From Owenia fusiformis (taxonomy: Eukaryota), in assembly GCA_903813345.2 (NCBI GenBank), contig CAIIXF020000001.1, forward strand, positions 34,410,001 through 34,474,000: DNA of 64,000 bases, written 5' to 3'. Shown here piece by piece: positions 9,874-21,968 of this stretch. Positions within the stretch are counted from its first letter, which is position 1, and each line of letters starts with the position of its first letter. Made by a program: the position numbers and the translations under genes. The notes below the pieces were generated by a model. That model had not been told where the DNA came from, did not search any database, and saw nothing but the letters and a program-made list of their open reading frames with translations.

Positions 9874-12800
9874 TTTAATACCATAAACAATTCTTTACAC
9901 TGGACGAAGAGTTTATAGCAGGATGACGCAACGTCACAAGGTTTTCACATTAATTTCGAACAATTTACACTGAACGAAAAGAGTTTATAGTAAGATGACG
10001 CAACGTCACAATATTTTCTCAATATTTTTTGGGCGATAATAGGGATATATATCAAATTTATCAAAATATCTTTAAAAAACGATCTGTTTAGATTACTGTT
10101 TGTCACAAACCCCACGTGATATCCTTCCTAGGAACTTAAGTGTCTCTCAATGGTATATCTAGTCCGTTTCACTCATTATATATCACCAAAATGTTGAATT
10201 AGAACCAGTACCGCATTTTACGTCTTGCAGTTATGCCGGATTACGCTATATATAGCGTAATCCGTGCCAGCCCTACTCAAAACAGGCTAGAAATAGGGGA
10301 CACAATTTTTTTTCCATTGCGTCCATTACATTATATGTAATGAATGATAGAAATAAATAAAGTATGATTGTTTTATATATATTCAGTACCTATAAGAAAA
10401 GAAAATTATTGTAAGAAAGCCAATATACAATATACAGTAACAGTTGTATGCCAAGGTGCCAAGAAGGCAAGGACATTAACATTTTGCCATTAGTTTTGAA
10501 CATTTATGTCACTTGTTCTGGCAGTTAGATAGTGTTAATGTTTGTATTTAACAAACTTAAATATATATAGTTGTTACGATTCCGTTCCATTCCGTGCCAG
10601 CCCTACTCAAAACAGGCTAGAAATAGGGGACACAATTTTTTTCAAAGGACACACTTTTTTAAAAAAAATTGCGTCCTTGGGACTCACAAATTTTCTAACC
10701 TAATGCAAGCGCTGAAACAGTTTATAAAATATGCAAATAAGGTAATTTGCATATTAATTATGACGTCATAGCCGTTTGTTCTTGCATATTTTATTTTAAT
10801 CATGATGTATAAATCGGGGAAATTATTGTCTTTAAAATGGTCAGTCATGCTCTTAAGTAGTTATTAGTTTATTTCTTTTCGTTGAGTTTATTAGTTTATT
10901 TCATTCATACATGTATGGTAATAATAAATTGAAAAAATGTAATGAAAATATCCAATTCAAGCTGTTGGTATGGTAACAGTATGTTGCAAAACTATCTGCT
11001 GTAAAAATAATTCGTTAGGAAATGTTTCAATCAGGGGGGGGGGGGTGCGATCTCGGCATTACAACTCAAAAATGTTTAGTTTGTCTTGAATTTTACAAAA
11101 AAATTCCTTCAAAATTGAGCTAGAAGCTCAAAAGCATTTTAAAGCTCTTCTTCTCTCTTATGGTTCTATTTTTTTGGTTAATGGGGGGGGGGGGTTCCCC
11201 CATCACACTCCTTGACTATGCTTATGTTAGCTATGGTATTCAGGTGAATATGCCATCCCCACTTTTCAGGTCTTTTCCACAGTTTTGATTTTATCAGTTG
11301 TCATGATGATAGCTCTGGTGTATGTGACATTTTCATCAAATGGAAACAAAAGAATCAGACAATGCATGGGGAATGTAGATTGACAGACTGGCATACCTGT
11401 TATGGTATGACTATCATAGTTTTCGTGATTATTTTCTTGAAATAAGGTAAAATTGCTCAAGATGATTCCAAATTGGTACCTTGTCCTATGATATTCACCA
11501 TAAAAGTAGGTCAAAGCTGAAAACGATTGATGTTCATTCTATTTCTTTACATGTATAAAGTATGATCAAGAAATATTATGGGCAATTCTGAATCTGCGAC
11601 GCCGTTGCTATGATAACCAAGAAAATATGCCAAGCCCATTTTTAGGGGCTCTTTTCAGTGTTTGGCCCTTATCTTCTTCATTATTGCTCAGATTTAGATG
11701 AAGTTTGCACCAAATTAAAGGTAATAGATAGAGTGATCAGACAGTTAGTAAACTATGCAAATAGGATGATTTTCATATTGATTATGACACCATAACTGTT
11801 TGTTCTTGCATATTTTATCTTAATCATAATGTATTATATAATACATTATGATTAATAATATATAATAATATATAAATTCTTGTCTTTAAAATAGTCAGTA
11901 ATGCTTTTAACTAGTTAATTAGTTTATTTCTTTTAGTTGAGTTCATAATTTTATTTCATTCATACTTGCATGGTTGTAAAAACTGAATAAATCTAAAAAT
12001 GTAATGAAAGTGTCCAATTTATGCTGTTGCTATGGTTACAGCACATAGCAAAACTATCTGATGTTAAAAGAATTCTTTAGGAAATTTTACATTTTGACTA
12101 TTTGACAGACACATGTATTATTTTTAAAATGTGATGACAGAAAATAACTATAGAAAATCATTTAATTTGGATTGTGTTATATTATGATGTCACAATGGCA
12201 ATTATTAATTAGGGGTGCAGCCAGCATTCAGTCAGGAGAGGGGGGGGGGGGGTTAGATTGTGGCATAAGCAACCCAAAAATGTTTTTAAGATTTGTTTTG
12301 AATTTCACAAAAACTGATGCAACTTCCTTCAAAACTGAGCAAGAAGCTTCAAGGCAAAATGATTTAAAGCTCTTCTTCTATTTAATGGTTCTATTTTTTT
12401 TGTTTATGGGGGCGCACCCATCAGACCACCTGGCAATGCTTATGTTAATCCAATATGATGTTGCTATGGTAACTAGGTGAATATGCCATTCCCCCTGTTC
12501 AGGGCTTTTCCAAGTTTTGCTTCTATCTTTGTCATGATTACAGCTTGGGTGTATATGAAATATTCACCAAATTGAAGCTAAAGAATCAGACAATGCATGG
12601 ATTATGTAGATTGACTGACTGGCATACCCATTGTGGCATTATGCCAGCTGCTAGCTGCTAATGGTTTTGAAATCAGAAAAATATGTTCAACGTCAATTTA
12701 CATAAAAAAAATAATATCATTTTATGGTATAAGTCAATACCTTAGCCTATTTCATCTTTTTAGGTCATGTAGACATAACTGTACCAATTTTGAACCGAAT

Positions 12801-13810
12801 GGTCGGATGTCGGATTTTAAAACCAAAAGCATATCTGAAATCAGGGGCTTCCATACTTCATACTTGTAAAGGAATGGAATCAATCATAGTTTTCAGCTTT
12901 GACCTCATTTTATGGTGAATGTCAAAGGACATCATTTTGAGCATTTTTACCTTATTTCAAGAGATAATCACAAAAAGTAGCTATGATACCATAACAGGTA
13001 CTGTACTCCTGGTATTTTTCGTCTGTGATTTAGTTTCGTGCCTGGTAAAATCGCAAAAATTAATCTTTGCGAAATTGTCAATTAAATCCTGGGGATTTGT
13101 GAAATTTATTATTACATTTCATGTTTTGTAAAATGTTTGTCAAGTGTTTTTAGGCAATTAATGGGATATGTCTGTTGCAGTGAAATCATTTTGAGCAATT
13201 TTACTATATTTCAAGAAATAATCACAAAAAGCAGCTATGATACCGTAACAGGTACTTAGTATGTCAGTCAGCCAATCTACATTATTCATGTATTGTCTGA
13301 TTCACCTAGGATATTCGCCTAATGGTTACCCTAATGGGTGCGCTGGACTCAACCATCCCCTCATAACCAACCCCTCATAGATAAAAGAAGACTTTTGACT
13401 TGAACCTTTTTGCTCAATTTTGAAGGAAGTTGCATCAATTTTTGTCATAAATACTTATAAATACTTTTGGGTTGCCACCGCCTGTGCCACGATCACAAGC
13501 CCCCTTCTGACGGAAAGCTGGCTGCGCCCCTGATTAAAAATTGCCATAATGACATCATAATATAACACAATCCAAATTAAATAACTATGGTTATTGGATT
13601 ATTTTCTGTCACCAAATTTTAAAAAGAATACATGTCAGTCAACTGGTCAAAATGTAACATTTCCAAAAGAATTCTTGATTACAGCAGATAGTTTTGTTAC
13701 ATGCTGTCACCAAAGCAACAGTGTGAATTGGACACTTTCATTATAGTTATTCAATGTTACATGATCATACATGTATGAATAAAATAAACTAATAAACTCA
13801 ACTAAAAGAA

Positions 13811-15136
13811 ACTAGAAAAACAGCAACTCCACGGAGTAGCAAATCCCACCGAACAAAACAATACTGGTATTTGAATTATCAAAATTATGTTTTTATGAAT
13901 CATGGTTGCCATTTTGAAATTCAGCTGTCATCTTTAAATTTCTTCCTTAGCAGAGCTCCTATGTCCCAAGGCATCAGCACATTCAATTTAATCAAAATCC
14001 GTCAACTGGTACTTGGGTTATCAAGGATTACATGTTTAATGAAAAATGGCTAAGGTTTCAATAAATAGCAGCCACCTTGAAAATTTCTTCTCAAGCAGAA
14101 CTCCTTTATCTCTAGGCATCAGAATATAAAATTTGAAGTAAATCCGTCCAATGGTATTTGAGTTATCAAAGATTAACTTTTTCTATGAAAAATGCCAGCC
14201 ATTTTGAAATTCAGCTGATGCCTTTGAAATTTCTTCTGAAGCAGATCTCCTTTTCCCCTAAATATCAGCATATAAAATTGGAACCAAATCCATCCACTGG
14301 TATTTCAGTTATTAATGATTACGTTTTTTTTTACGAAAAATGGTGGCCATTTTGAAATTCAGTGGCCATCTTGAAAATATTTTCTTGAGTAGAACTTGTT
14401 TGTCTCTAGGCATCAGCATATAGAATTAGAACTAAACCCATCAACTGGTATTTGAGTTATCAAAGGTTACGTTCTTTTACGAAAAATGGCGGCCATTTTG
14501 AAATTTAGCAGCCATCTTAAAAATCCCTTCTCGAGCAGAGCTCCTATGTCCCTAGGCATCAGCATGTAAAATTTGAACCAAATCCATTCGATGGTATTTG
14601 AGTTATCAAGCATAACGTTTTTTCACGAAAAATGGCCGCCATTTTGAAATATGGTGGCCATCTTGAAAATGTCTTCTTGAGCAAGGCTCCTTTGTACCCA
14701 GGCAACAGCATATAAAATCTGAAGCAAATCCATCCACTAGTATTTGAGTTATCAAAGATTGTATTTTTTCCGAAAAATGGCCGCCATTTTTAAATATGGC
14801 GGCCATCTTGAAAATGTCTTCTTGGGCAAGGCTCCTTTGTACTCAGGCAACAGCATACAAAATTTAAACCAAATCCATCCACTAGTATTTGAGTTATCAA
14901 AGATTATATTTTTTCGGAAAAATGGCCGCCATTTTGGATTTAGCGGCCATATTGAAAATTCCTTCTCGAGCAGAGGTCCTACACCCATAAGGCATAAGCC
15001 TATAAAATTTGAATGAAATCCGTCAACCGGTATTTGAGTTATTCCCCGGACACACGAACGGACGGACGGACGAACGGACGGACGAACGGACGGACGGCTT
15101 TTCTATATCCCCCTCGAACTTCGTTCGGTGGGATAA
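13811..15136 (+). mobile_element. Complete HINE/DINE-1-like family A element with about 145-bp tandem units
   Basis: SubTIRs ATCCCACCGAAC (13843-13854) / GTTCGGTGGGAT (15123-15134), about 8 tandem units, (GGAC)n, 3' CGAACTTCGTTCG hairpin; inserted in an A-run with no TSD. Confidence 0.85.
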
Positions 15137-15555
15137 TAAACTAAACTAGTTAAAAGCATTATACTGACCATTTGGTGCAAATTTCATCTAAATCTGAGCA
15201 ATAATGACAAAGTTAGGGACCAAACACTGAAAATAGCTCCGAAAAGTGGGCATAGCAACACGTTATCGGATTAAGAATTGCCAACTCAATATTTCCTGAT
15301 TGCATTATCCATCACCTTACATTCTGTGTGAATTTCATCTAAATCTAAGCAATAATGACAGAGATAGGGGCCATATACTGAAAAGAGCCCCTAAAAGTGG
15401 GCGTGGCATATTTACTTGGTTACCATAGCAACGCTGTCGCGGATTCAGAATTGCCAACATCATTTTTCTTGGTAAGTATCACGTATAGTTCATGAAAATA
15501 TATGTCGCTTATCTCGCCTCTAAAAAGGACGTGGAATGACCTTTGCTCACATACT

Positions 15556-16272
15556 AAAGGAGCACGTAGGTTATTGCAAACAATTTCAAACGATTCTAAC
15601 TTGAATTATGACTATTTTCTGATCATGAACATGTGTGTATCTTTAAGATCCATTCATTATCTTCAAGAAAAGTATATATATTGATAATTTAGTTAATCAG
15701 ACCTAAGTAATATTGAAGGGGCAATGGGCCAATCAACATACTTTTTCAAAAATGTTGACCTAATTTTCACCAAAAATGCAACCTTTTATTATATTGTTGA
15801 ATGCATAATTAGAATGTGCTTTGAGACATGTTTGATTTCCTAAAAGTAAAAGTTGATTGCTCCAGGGACTTTACAGATACTGAATTTGAATGACCAAAAT
15901 GAACTGAAACCAATGGATAGCATGAGATTTTTCAATGGAGAAATAACATGGGGAACATTTATCTTAAAGCAATTAAGTTTTTCTTTCAAGAACTATTTGA
16001 TACATCAAAATAGAGAATAGTAATGCATTAAACATTGTAAAAATTGATTGCATTTTTGGTGAAAATGGGGTCAACATCTTTGAAAAAGTGTGTTGATGGG
16101 TTGATTGCAAGTTAAATATCTCCTAGTTTGTTTGACTTTATTATTACTGTATATAATTTTCTTTGAGATAATGAATTGATCTAAAAGATAAACCTGTCTT
16201 CATTGTCAGAAAATAGTCATAATCCAAGATATAACCTTCTGAAATTGTTTGCGATAACCTACGTGCTCCTTT
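15556..16272. mobile_element. Long-palindromic MITE (Kolobok-like AAAGG ends)
   Basis: AAAGGAGCACGTAGGTTATTGCAAACAATTTCA / TGAAATTGTTTGCGATAACCTACGTGCTCCTTT; degenerate inversion continues inward for about 250 bp. Confidence 0.7.
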
Positions 16273-16476
16273 GGAAAATCAAATTTTATCACTTTAATGT
16301 GAATCTATGATGGAATTTTATTATGTAAAAGGGATGTATATGTTATAAATTGGGTTTTGACGGATTTTGTTCATTAGTCTATGGAATACTGAATTTGGAT
16401 TTTTCTTAAAATGGTTAAAGTCCTGTTTTTTGTAAAAAGTGATTAAAACTGCTGATGGTGATGGTTTGTGTTTTTC

Positions 16477-16662
16477 AAAAGTTTACGCTTCCACACAAGA
16501 GACTGAGTTTTCTAGGTCTAATATTCGCTAATGGATTGAATAAACGTTTCAAACTACCATATATGTTTACGGTAAAACCTGTGGTTTTTAGATTTGATAC
16601 TTTATGTCATATTCATGTGAGGAAAGGCAGGGAATCAGAATGAATGCTATTAAAGACGGGAA
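16477..16662. repeat. Dispersed repeat; inverted copy at about 48230-48428
   Basis: AAAAGTTTACGCTTCCACACA...GAGTTTTCTAGGTCTAATATTCGCTAATGGATTGAATAAAC occurs reverse-complemented near 48355-48425. Confidence 0.7.
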
Positions 16663-17248
16663 ATTATATTTTTGTACTTGGCATTTAGGGTTAGCGTCAA
16701 TCAGTGAAGGCTAATTATTTTAATCAATACGCAGCATTAGTATTTTTCCTCGCGATTTCTCTCATTTAATTCAAAATGATGAATGTGATGAATTTCGAAC
16801 TTCTGGTCAATATTTTTGAAATGAAAAGTTTAAAAATATTTTTGTTTCATTAATTATTGTGTCTATTTAACTTATTTTGTAAAAATATGTTGTATGAACG
16901 TTAACAACACCATCAACTATCAAAACCATCACATTTGGAGAAGAATAGCGTAGTAAACTCGCTCAGTGCACATCTAGGGTTAATCTGATAGATCGTATAA
17001 ACACCGATTTAGTTTTAATCGAAAAGAACTATTTATAGTCCTTGAAAATGCTCAGATTGCACCAAATAATGTCTTCAAAAAAAATTTCCCAAGGGAACAT
17101 GCCCCCGGACTCCCAAATTGCTCGCCCATCAGCCACGTCCATATTTCCTGCGCCACCTATATTTTCTGGAAAACGCACCCCCCCTTTCAAATATGATCCG
17201 ATGCCCCTGTATTACTCTATCTCTATGAAACTTTGCTAAAGTACCCAC

Positions 17249-17417
17249 CTTCTACTGGCAATTCTAGAGCTGTTTCTGCCCATGCCCATACATTTCTCTA
17301 GGTGTGGAGCAAATCTTGAAGCAGCCAAGTTCCTACTACAGTTAGGACATATGCACTCTAACTGCTTTTTCTGGGGCAGCTGACCAAAAACATCTAGGCC
17401 TACCTGGTCTACAATAC
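17249..17417 (-). CDS. ATXN7L3: ATXN7L3/Sgf11 exon encoding the Sgf11 zinc finger
   Basis: TTGTAG acceptor, AG|GTGGGT donor; [55 protein letters not shown] contains the diagnostic CxNC...[21 protein letters not shown] motif. Confidence 0.95.
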
Positions 17418-17626
17418 CTACAATGGAACAGTGGACAGGTTGAGGTATCAATATGAATGTGAATGCATGTGGAACAAAAAAGTGTGAACTAGAAGTAAAT
17501 TCGATGTAAACTCAATGCAAAATAAGGTGTACACAGTTGCTCTGAGGCCCAGGAATATGTTTAAAATGTTTGAAAAGTCCCCTAGTGTACTGAGTTGGTA
17601 ATGTGTGGTGTATACATGTATATTAA

Positions 17627-18540
17627 TAGAGAGGTAGTTCACTTCGATAGTGTTCTACACGAGAAAATCCAGGGGTCACTATGTTCATATCAGTGTATCT
17701 TGGTACATACAGCATATGTTTCTTTAACATTACAGGAAACCCTCGTCAACATATAAAACTTAATAATTAAACAAAGAAATAAGAACAGTTTATCACAACA
17801 ACCGACGTATAAGGTAAATTGTTATGAACAACCGAAGTCTGCCAGGACACTTTGGATGATTACTAAGAGATGAAGGCGGAACTGCATTTTGATTGGTTGT
17901 TCATTTTGGATTTGAAAGTTCCATTTTAGGTATTTTTAGTTGTAAATAAATTCTGAAATAATATGTTTATGTTTTTTTGTATTTTTAGATATGATTGAAT
18001 AATAAAGGGGTCTTCAATATTTATTTTTCATTTAATTACACTGTGATGCTACGTAATTTCCCGGGAAATGAAATTGGGATTTTACCCTCATTTTCTGCAA
18101 ATGTGTCAATCTTTTTTAACCTAATTGACAATCCCTGGTATATTTTATCTTTTTCTTTCAAACAGAAGTCGTATAAAACTAAGATATTCGTAAGAATCAA
18201 CATATCTGCATAAAAGTTTTAGTTCGTAAGTGAATTTTAAAGATGGCGGCCGGTATAAATAACTTGACCTCTTGATGACGTAGAGGTCATTTCTAAGCCA
18301 ATGAAAAGCGTTGAAATAATTCACTTCTTCTTGACCTGGGAAAAGTGTCCTGGCAGAGTTCGCAAGCGTGTTTCTTTGCGTTTTTAACTACGATGAGAAA
18401 AGAAAGATGTCAGGATTGTAGAAATTACCAAAGAAAATCATTCCTGGACCTTCATGGCGAAAGAATTTTGTGGTTTCGTCAAGTGCGAACGAAATACAGT
18501 TGGATTAGGGATCCTACTGATTGAAGTGACCTACCTCTCT
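17627..18540. mobile_element. MITE with AGAGAGGTAG ends
   Basis: AGAGAGGTAGTTCACTTC / GAAGTGACCTACCTCTCT ends; internal inverted pair TCTGCCAGGACACTTT / AAAGTGTCCTGGCAGA. Confidence 0.65.
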
Positions 18541-19132
18541 TTTACTATATTACTTACATTGAATAAGACTGATTTTTTATTAATAACAATAAGACTGATT
18601 TTTTATTAATGACTGTATACCCGGGCCTCAGCAGTTGCTCATTGACATGTGAAAATGGTCATCGAAAACTCGGTGTAAACTTGCTCCAGTCTAGCGCAGG
18701 GCAAATGCCAGTAGTGCAATAGTAGCCGGGCTACATTGTTGTGGACAATAGTCAAAATTATTAACCTACAATGGTATAAACATTTTTGTCATCTGAGAAT
18801 ATGTTCCAGATGGAAACTGGATGTAAACTGAAGGTGTAAACTAACTTCTTTGCATATGATATTGGTCCACAGCAAAGTTAATGCCCCTCTACTGGACATT
18901 CACTTGTCAAGTGCAAAAAAACATTTATCAAGCAGCTGCTGCAATGCTATGCTGAAACTGCTTCACAAACAAAATCATCCTTATTACACCCCTACCAGAT
19001 GGTTTCACTCTCTAGTTGGTTTTATATCAGTAATCTTTCCACCAATTAACACTTTGCATTATGTTAACATGTTTAAGACCTCTCCTGACCATATTCCACT
19101 AATTTTATTCAATTTTCTAGCATACAGTAGTA

Positions 19133-20291
19133 AACCAGAACAACGGCAACGCCAAAGCGTAGCGAATCCCATCGAACATTTTTCAAAAGGGGCACCTTCT
19201 ACTAAAAGTCTCATTAGACAGTGTGCCATGCTTATAGTATTCACATACCAAATATGAACAAAATCGCTCCACTACTTTTCGAGTTATAGTAAAATACGTT
19301 AAAATGGCCGCCTTCTACCAAAAGTGGCATTAGACAGTGTGCCATGCTTATACGTATTCACGTACCAAATATGAACAAAATCGCTCCACTACTTTTCGAG
19401 TTATAGTAAAATAAGTTAAAATGGCAGCCATTTTTCAAAATGTCCGCCATTTTTCAAAATGGCCGCCTTCTACCAAAAGTGTCATTAGACAGTGTGCCAT
19501 GCTTACAGTATTCACATACCGAATATGAACAAAATCGCTCCACTACTTTTTGAGTTATAGTAAAATACGTTAAAATGGCGGCCATTTTGAAAAAAATGAC
19601 CGTCCTCTACCAAAAGTGTCATTAGACAGTGTGCCATGCTTATACGTATTCACATACCAAATATGAACAAAATCGCTCCACTACTTTTCGAGTTTTAGTA
19701 AAATAAGTTAAAATGGCGGCCATTTTTCAAAATGCCCGCCATTTTTCAAAATGGCCACCTTCTACCAAAAGTGTCATTTGACAGTGTGCCATGCTTATAG
19801 TATTCACACACCAAATATTAACAAAATCGCTCCACTACTTTTCGAGTTACAGCAAAAATCGTAAAATAATGAGAAATGGCCGCCATTTTTCAAGATGGCT
19901 GCCATGTGCTTTTTTAATATCTACATTTCTAGCTTTATTAATGTCCTATATAATTTTTTTTACATTTAAAACATATTGCTATTACAGTTTTACATATTGC
20001 ACCTAAATTACTGTAAAATCGGCACTAAAATGGCCGCCATTTTTAAATGAGCGGCCATTTTGAAAATCGGCTTTCGAGCAGAACTTCTACCCCCATAGGG
20101 TATATGTATACAAAATATGAATAAAATCGGGCCAACGGTATTTGAGTTATTGCCCGGACGGACGGACGGACAGACGTACGTACGGACGGATGGACGTACG
20201 TACGGACGGACGGACAGACGTACGTACGGACGGACGGACGAACGGACGGAGGCGTTCCCTATATCCCTCCGAACTTCGTTCGATGGGATAA
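19133..20291 (+). mobile_element. Complete HINE-like family B element (120-145-bp units); partial copies at 32347-32805 and 34438-34815
   Basis: SubTIRs ATCCCATCGAAC (19166-19177) / GTTCGATGGGAT (20278-20289), tandem ATATGAACAAAATCGCTCCACTAC units, long GGAC/GTAC microsatellite. Confidence 0.85.
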
Positions 20292-20318
20292 TGAGAATTA
20301 GTGAAAAGTTCAACTTTT

Positions 20319-20863
20319 CGTATCGAAACCAAAACGCCCCGCAAAACCGTTAATTTGAATTTCAAATCTACCCTGTCTTTGGAAAATCAATGATTTCGAG
20401 TCTCACACTACACCGTTTTTCCTCAAACTTGTTCCATTAAAACCTTCACAGAGAGATTTCAACCACAATTCTTGATATCTTGCCAGTTCTTCTATCACTC
20501 TCCCCCATATTCTGCGCAAGGACTCCCATTACAACCCTCCATTGCTGCATCAACATATTTATTACATGAAACGCAGCATATATAGGTGAGAATAATAAAA
20601 GAACTGGCAACATATCGAGGCTTTTGGTTAAAATCTCTGAAGATTTGCATCTTCTCACACCTAGGGACCAAAACGCCGCTAAAATGAGTGACTCTGTACT
20701 CAAAAACAATGTCTCGAGTGACAGGTTTTAAAGGTTTTAATGGAACAAGTTTGAAGAAAAACAGTGTACAGTGAGACTCACAATCATTGATTTTCCAAAG
20801 AAAGGGTAACAGTTTTGCGGGACGTTTTGGTTTCGATACGCCCCGGTGAGTTAGTACCGCGTG
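20319..20863. mobile_element. CAC-ended TIR element related to 31200-33109; left end truncated
   Basis: CGTATCGAAACCAAAACG(C/T)CCCGCAAAAC inverted at both ends; the right end reads CACGCGGTACTAACT on the minus strand. Confidence 0.65.
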
Positions 20864-21951
20864 AGTGTGCACAAGTTGAAATTTTAGAAGCAAATATCTT
20901 GAGATATGTATCATAAATTGAAAGAAACATTTGAATAGGGTTAAAATGAAAACACGCGCTACGCGCTAACCATCAGGCTGAAACATTCAGACAGTGTAAA
21001 GGAGCAGATGATATGAGATTAAGGACGACATAAAATATTCAGTTGATTAAATAGTTCCCCAAACAATTGATAAGTTCAATTAATTTCAAAGTAGAATTAA
21101 ATCATCATTTTAGTCTAGGTTCTGGAACAATGAATGTAAAGATAAATAACGAATACAAAAATGAAAATCTTCCAATGAACATATTACTGACTAATAGAAA
21201 TACAAAAGTTTGAATCTGTAGAATATTTATTGAGCAATGATTTAAGAAGTGAACTTATTGAGAAATATATATATGTATATGTATTAATTTATTTCCGTCT
21301 CACATGTTTTAAACACATTTTAAACAATACATGTAATGAGACTTGATGACAGTAAAGTATAGTCAGTGTTTTAAGAGTATAGATAGAAGATGTATATAAT
21401 ATAAGTTAGCAAATCTCCTGATTACCACGGGTATAATATGGGACCTATTCTGTGGCATACCATGAAATAGTTAAGTAGAACTGGTTCGATACGCAAAGAT
21501 CAGAGAATACTCTACATTTTATGAGTACTAGTATCTATAACTATTTTTGATGTTATGAGTATTGGCTATCAATTTTTTCAATTTTTCTTCAACATGTATT
21601 GTAATGACTTCAGTATGAATGAAATGTCCCTTGGTGTTCTGGTCCTGGATTGTGATATTGGTTCTCGATTGGAGGGGGGAGGGGGATGTTAGACATTGTT
21701 TCTTTTCACGTTAGATTATGGTTTTGGGATATATAGAGTCTACTTTTCTTATGACAGATTTACACTTACAGTTTGCTTTTCTTGTTGGGTTTCTTTAAAG
21801 TTTTTAGTCACCCTTCCCTTTGGCATTTGTGTATATATATTTAAGCATTTTTACATACAAACTGATTGAACAGGAAGCAAATATGAGCCCAATTAGAGAT
21901 TTAGACACTAAAAAAGTCCTCAAGGACCCAATGTTAAATTGTTTTACTTAC

Positions 21952-21968
21952 GATATAAGTTTTCTGAT
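21952..21968 (-). CDS. ATXN7L3: 17-nt microexon of ATXN7L3/Sgf11
   Basis: CTATTTTCAG|ATCAGAAAACTTATATC|GTAAGT. Bridges the phase-2 end of the previous exon to the phase-1 start of the next, giving ETDIESENLYRIVDQ (compare vertebrate DTDPDSMKDFEIVDQ). Confidence 0.85.

Larger units (their letters stand above)
4505..10236 (-). mobile_element. Apparently full-length non-LTR retrotransposon (RTEX/CR1-group-like LINE)
   Basis: 5' UTR, ORF1, 259-nt spacer, ORF2, and a short 3' UTR with GCCCTAAAAGGGC stem-loop, AATAAA and short CTAT-like tail. Ends approximate; no TSD recognised. Confidence 0.9.
3789..10605. mobile_element. hAT-like MITE hosting the LINE
   Basis: TAGGGCTGGCACGGA / TCCGTGCCAGCCCTA ends, 8-bp TSD CTCAAAAC (3781-3788, 10606-10613). 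A second copy of the right end lies at 10261-10283. Confidence 0.85.
3364..10714. mobile_element. Non-autonomous TIR element (CAGGG/CAGCG ends, 6-bp TSD)
   Basis: CAGGGCTTGAATTA / TAATGCAAGCGCTG ends, flanked by AAACAG on both sides. Host sequence rejoins across it (compare the paralogous arm near 11735). Confidence 0.75.
2948..15536. mobile_element. Large foldback-like element with long degenerate inverted arms, interrupted by nested insertions
   Basis: GTCCTTTTTAGAGGCGAG...AAGCGACATAT at about 2955 is inverted at about 15500-15530. Arms 2948-3363 plus 10715-12640 mirror 12930-13810 plus 15137-15536. Confidence 0.7.

Noticed and set aside
17236..17451. 71-aa ORF as a standalone gene
   Set aside because: It is an internal exon with intronic extensions; the splice sites and upstream in-frame exons are identifiable.
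20008..20365. ORFs with SVRPYVR / GRTD repeats (also 205-441, 44833-45109)
   Set aside because: Translations of the (GGAC)n microsatellite, not genes.
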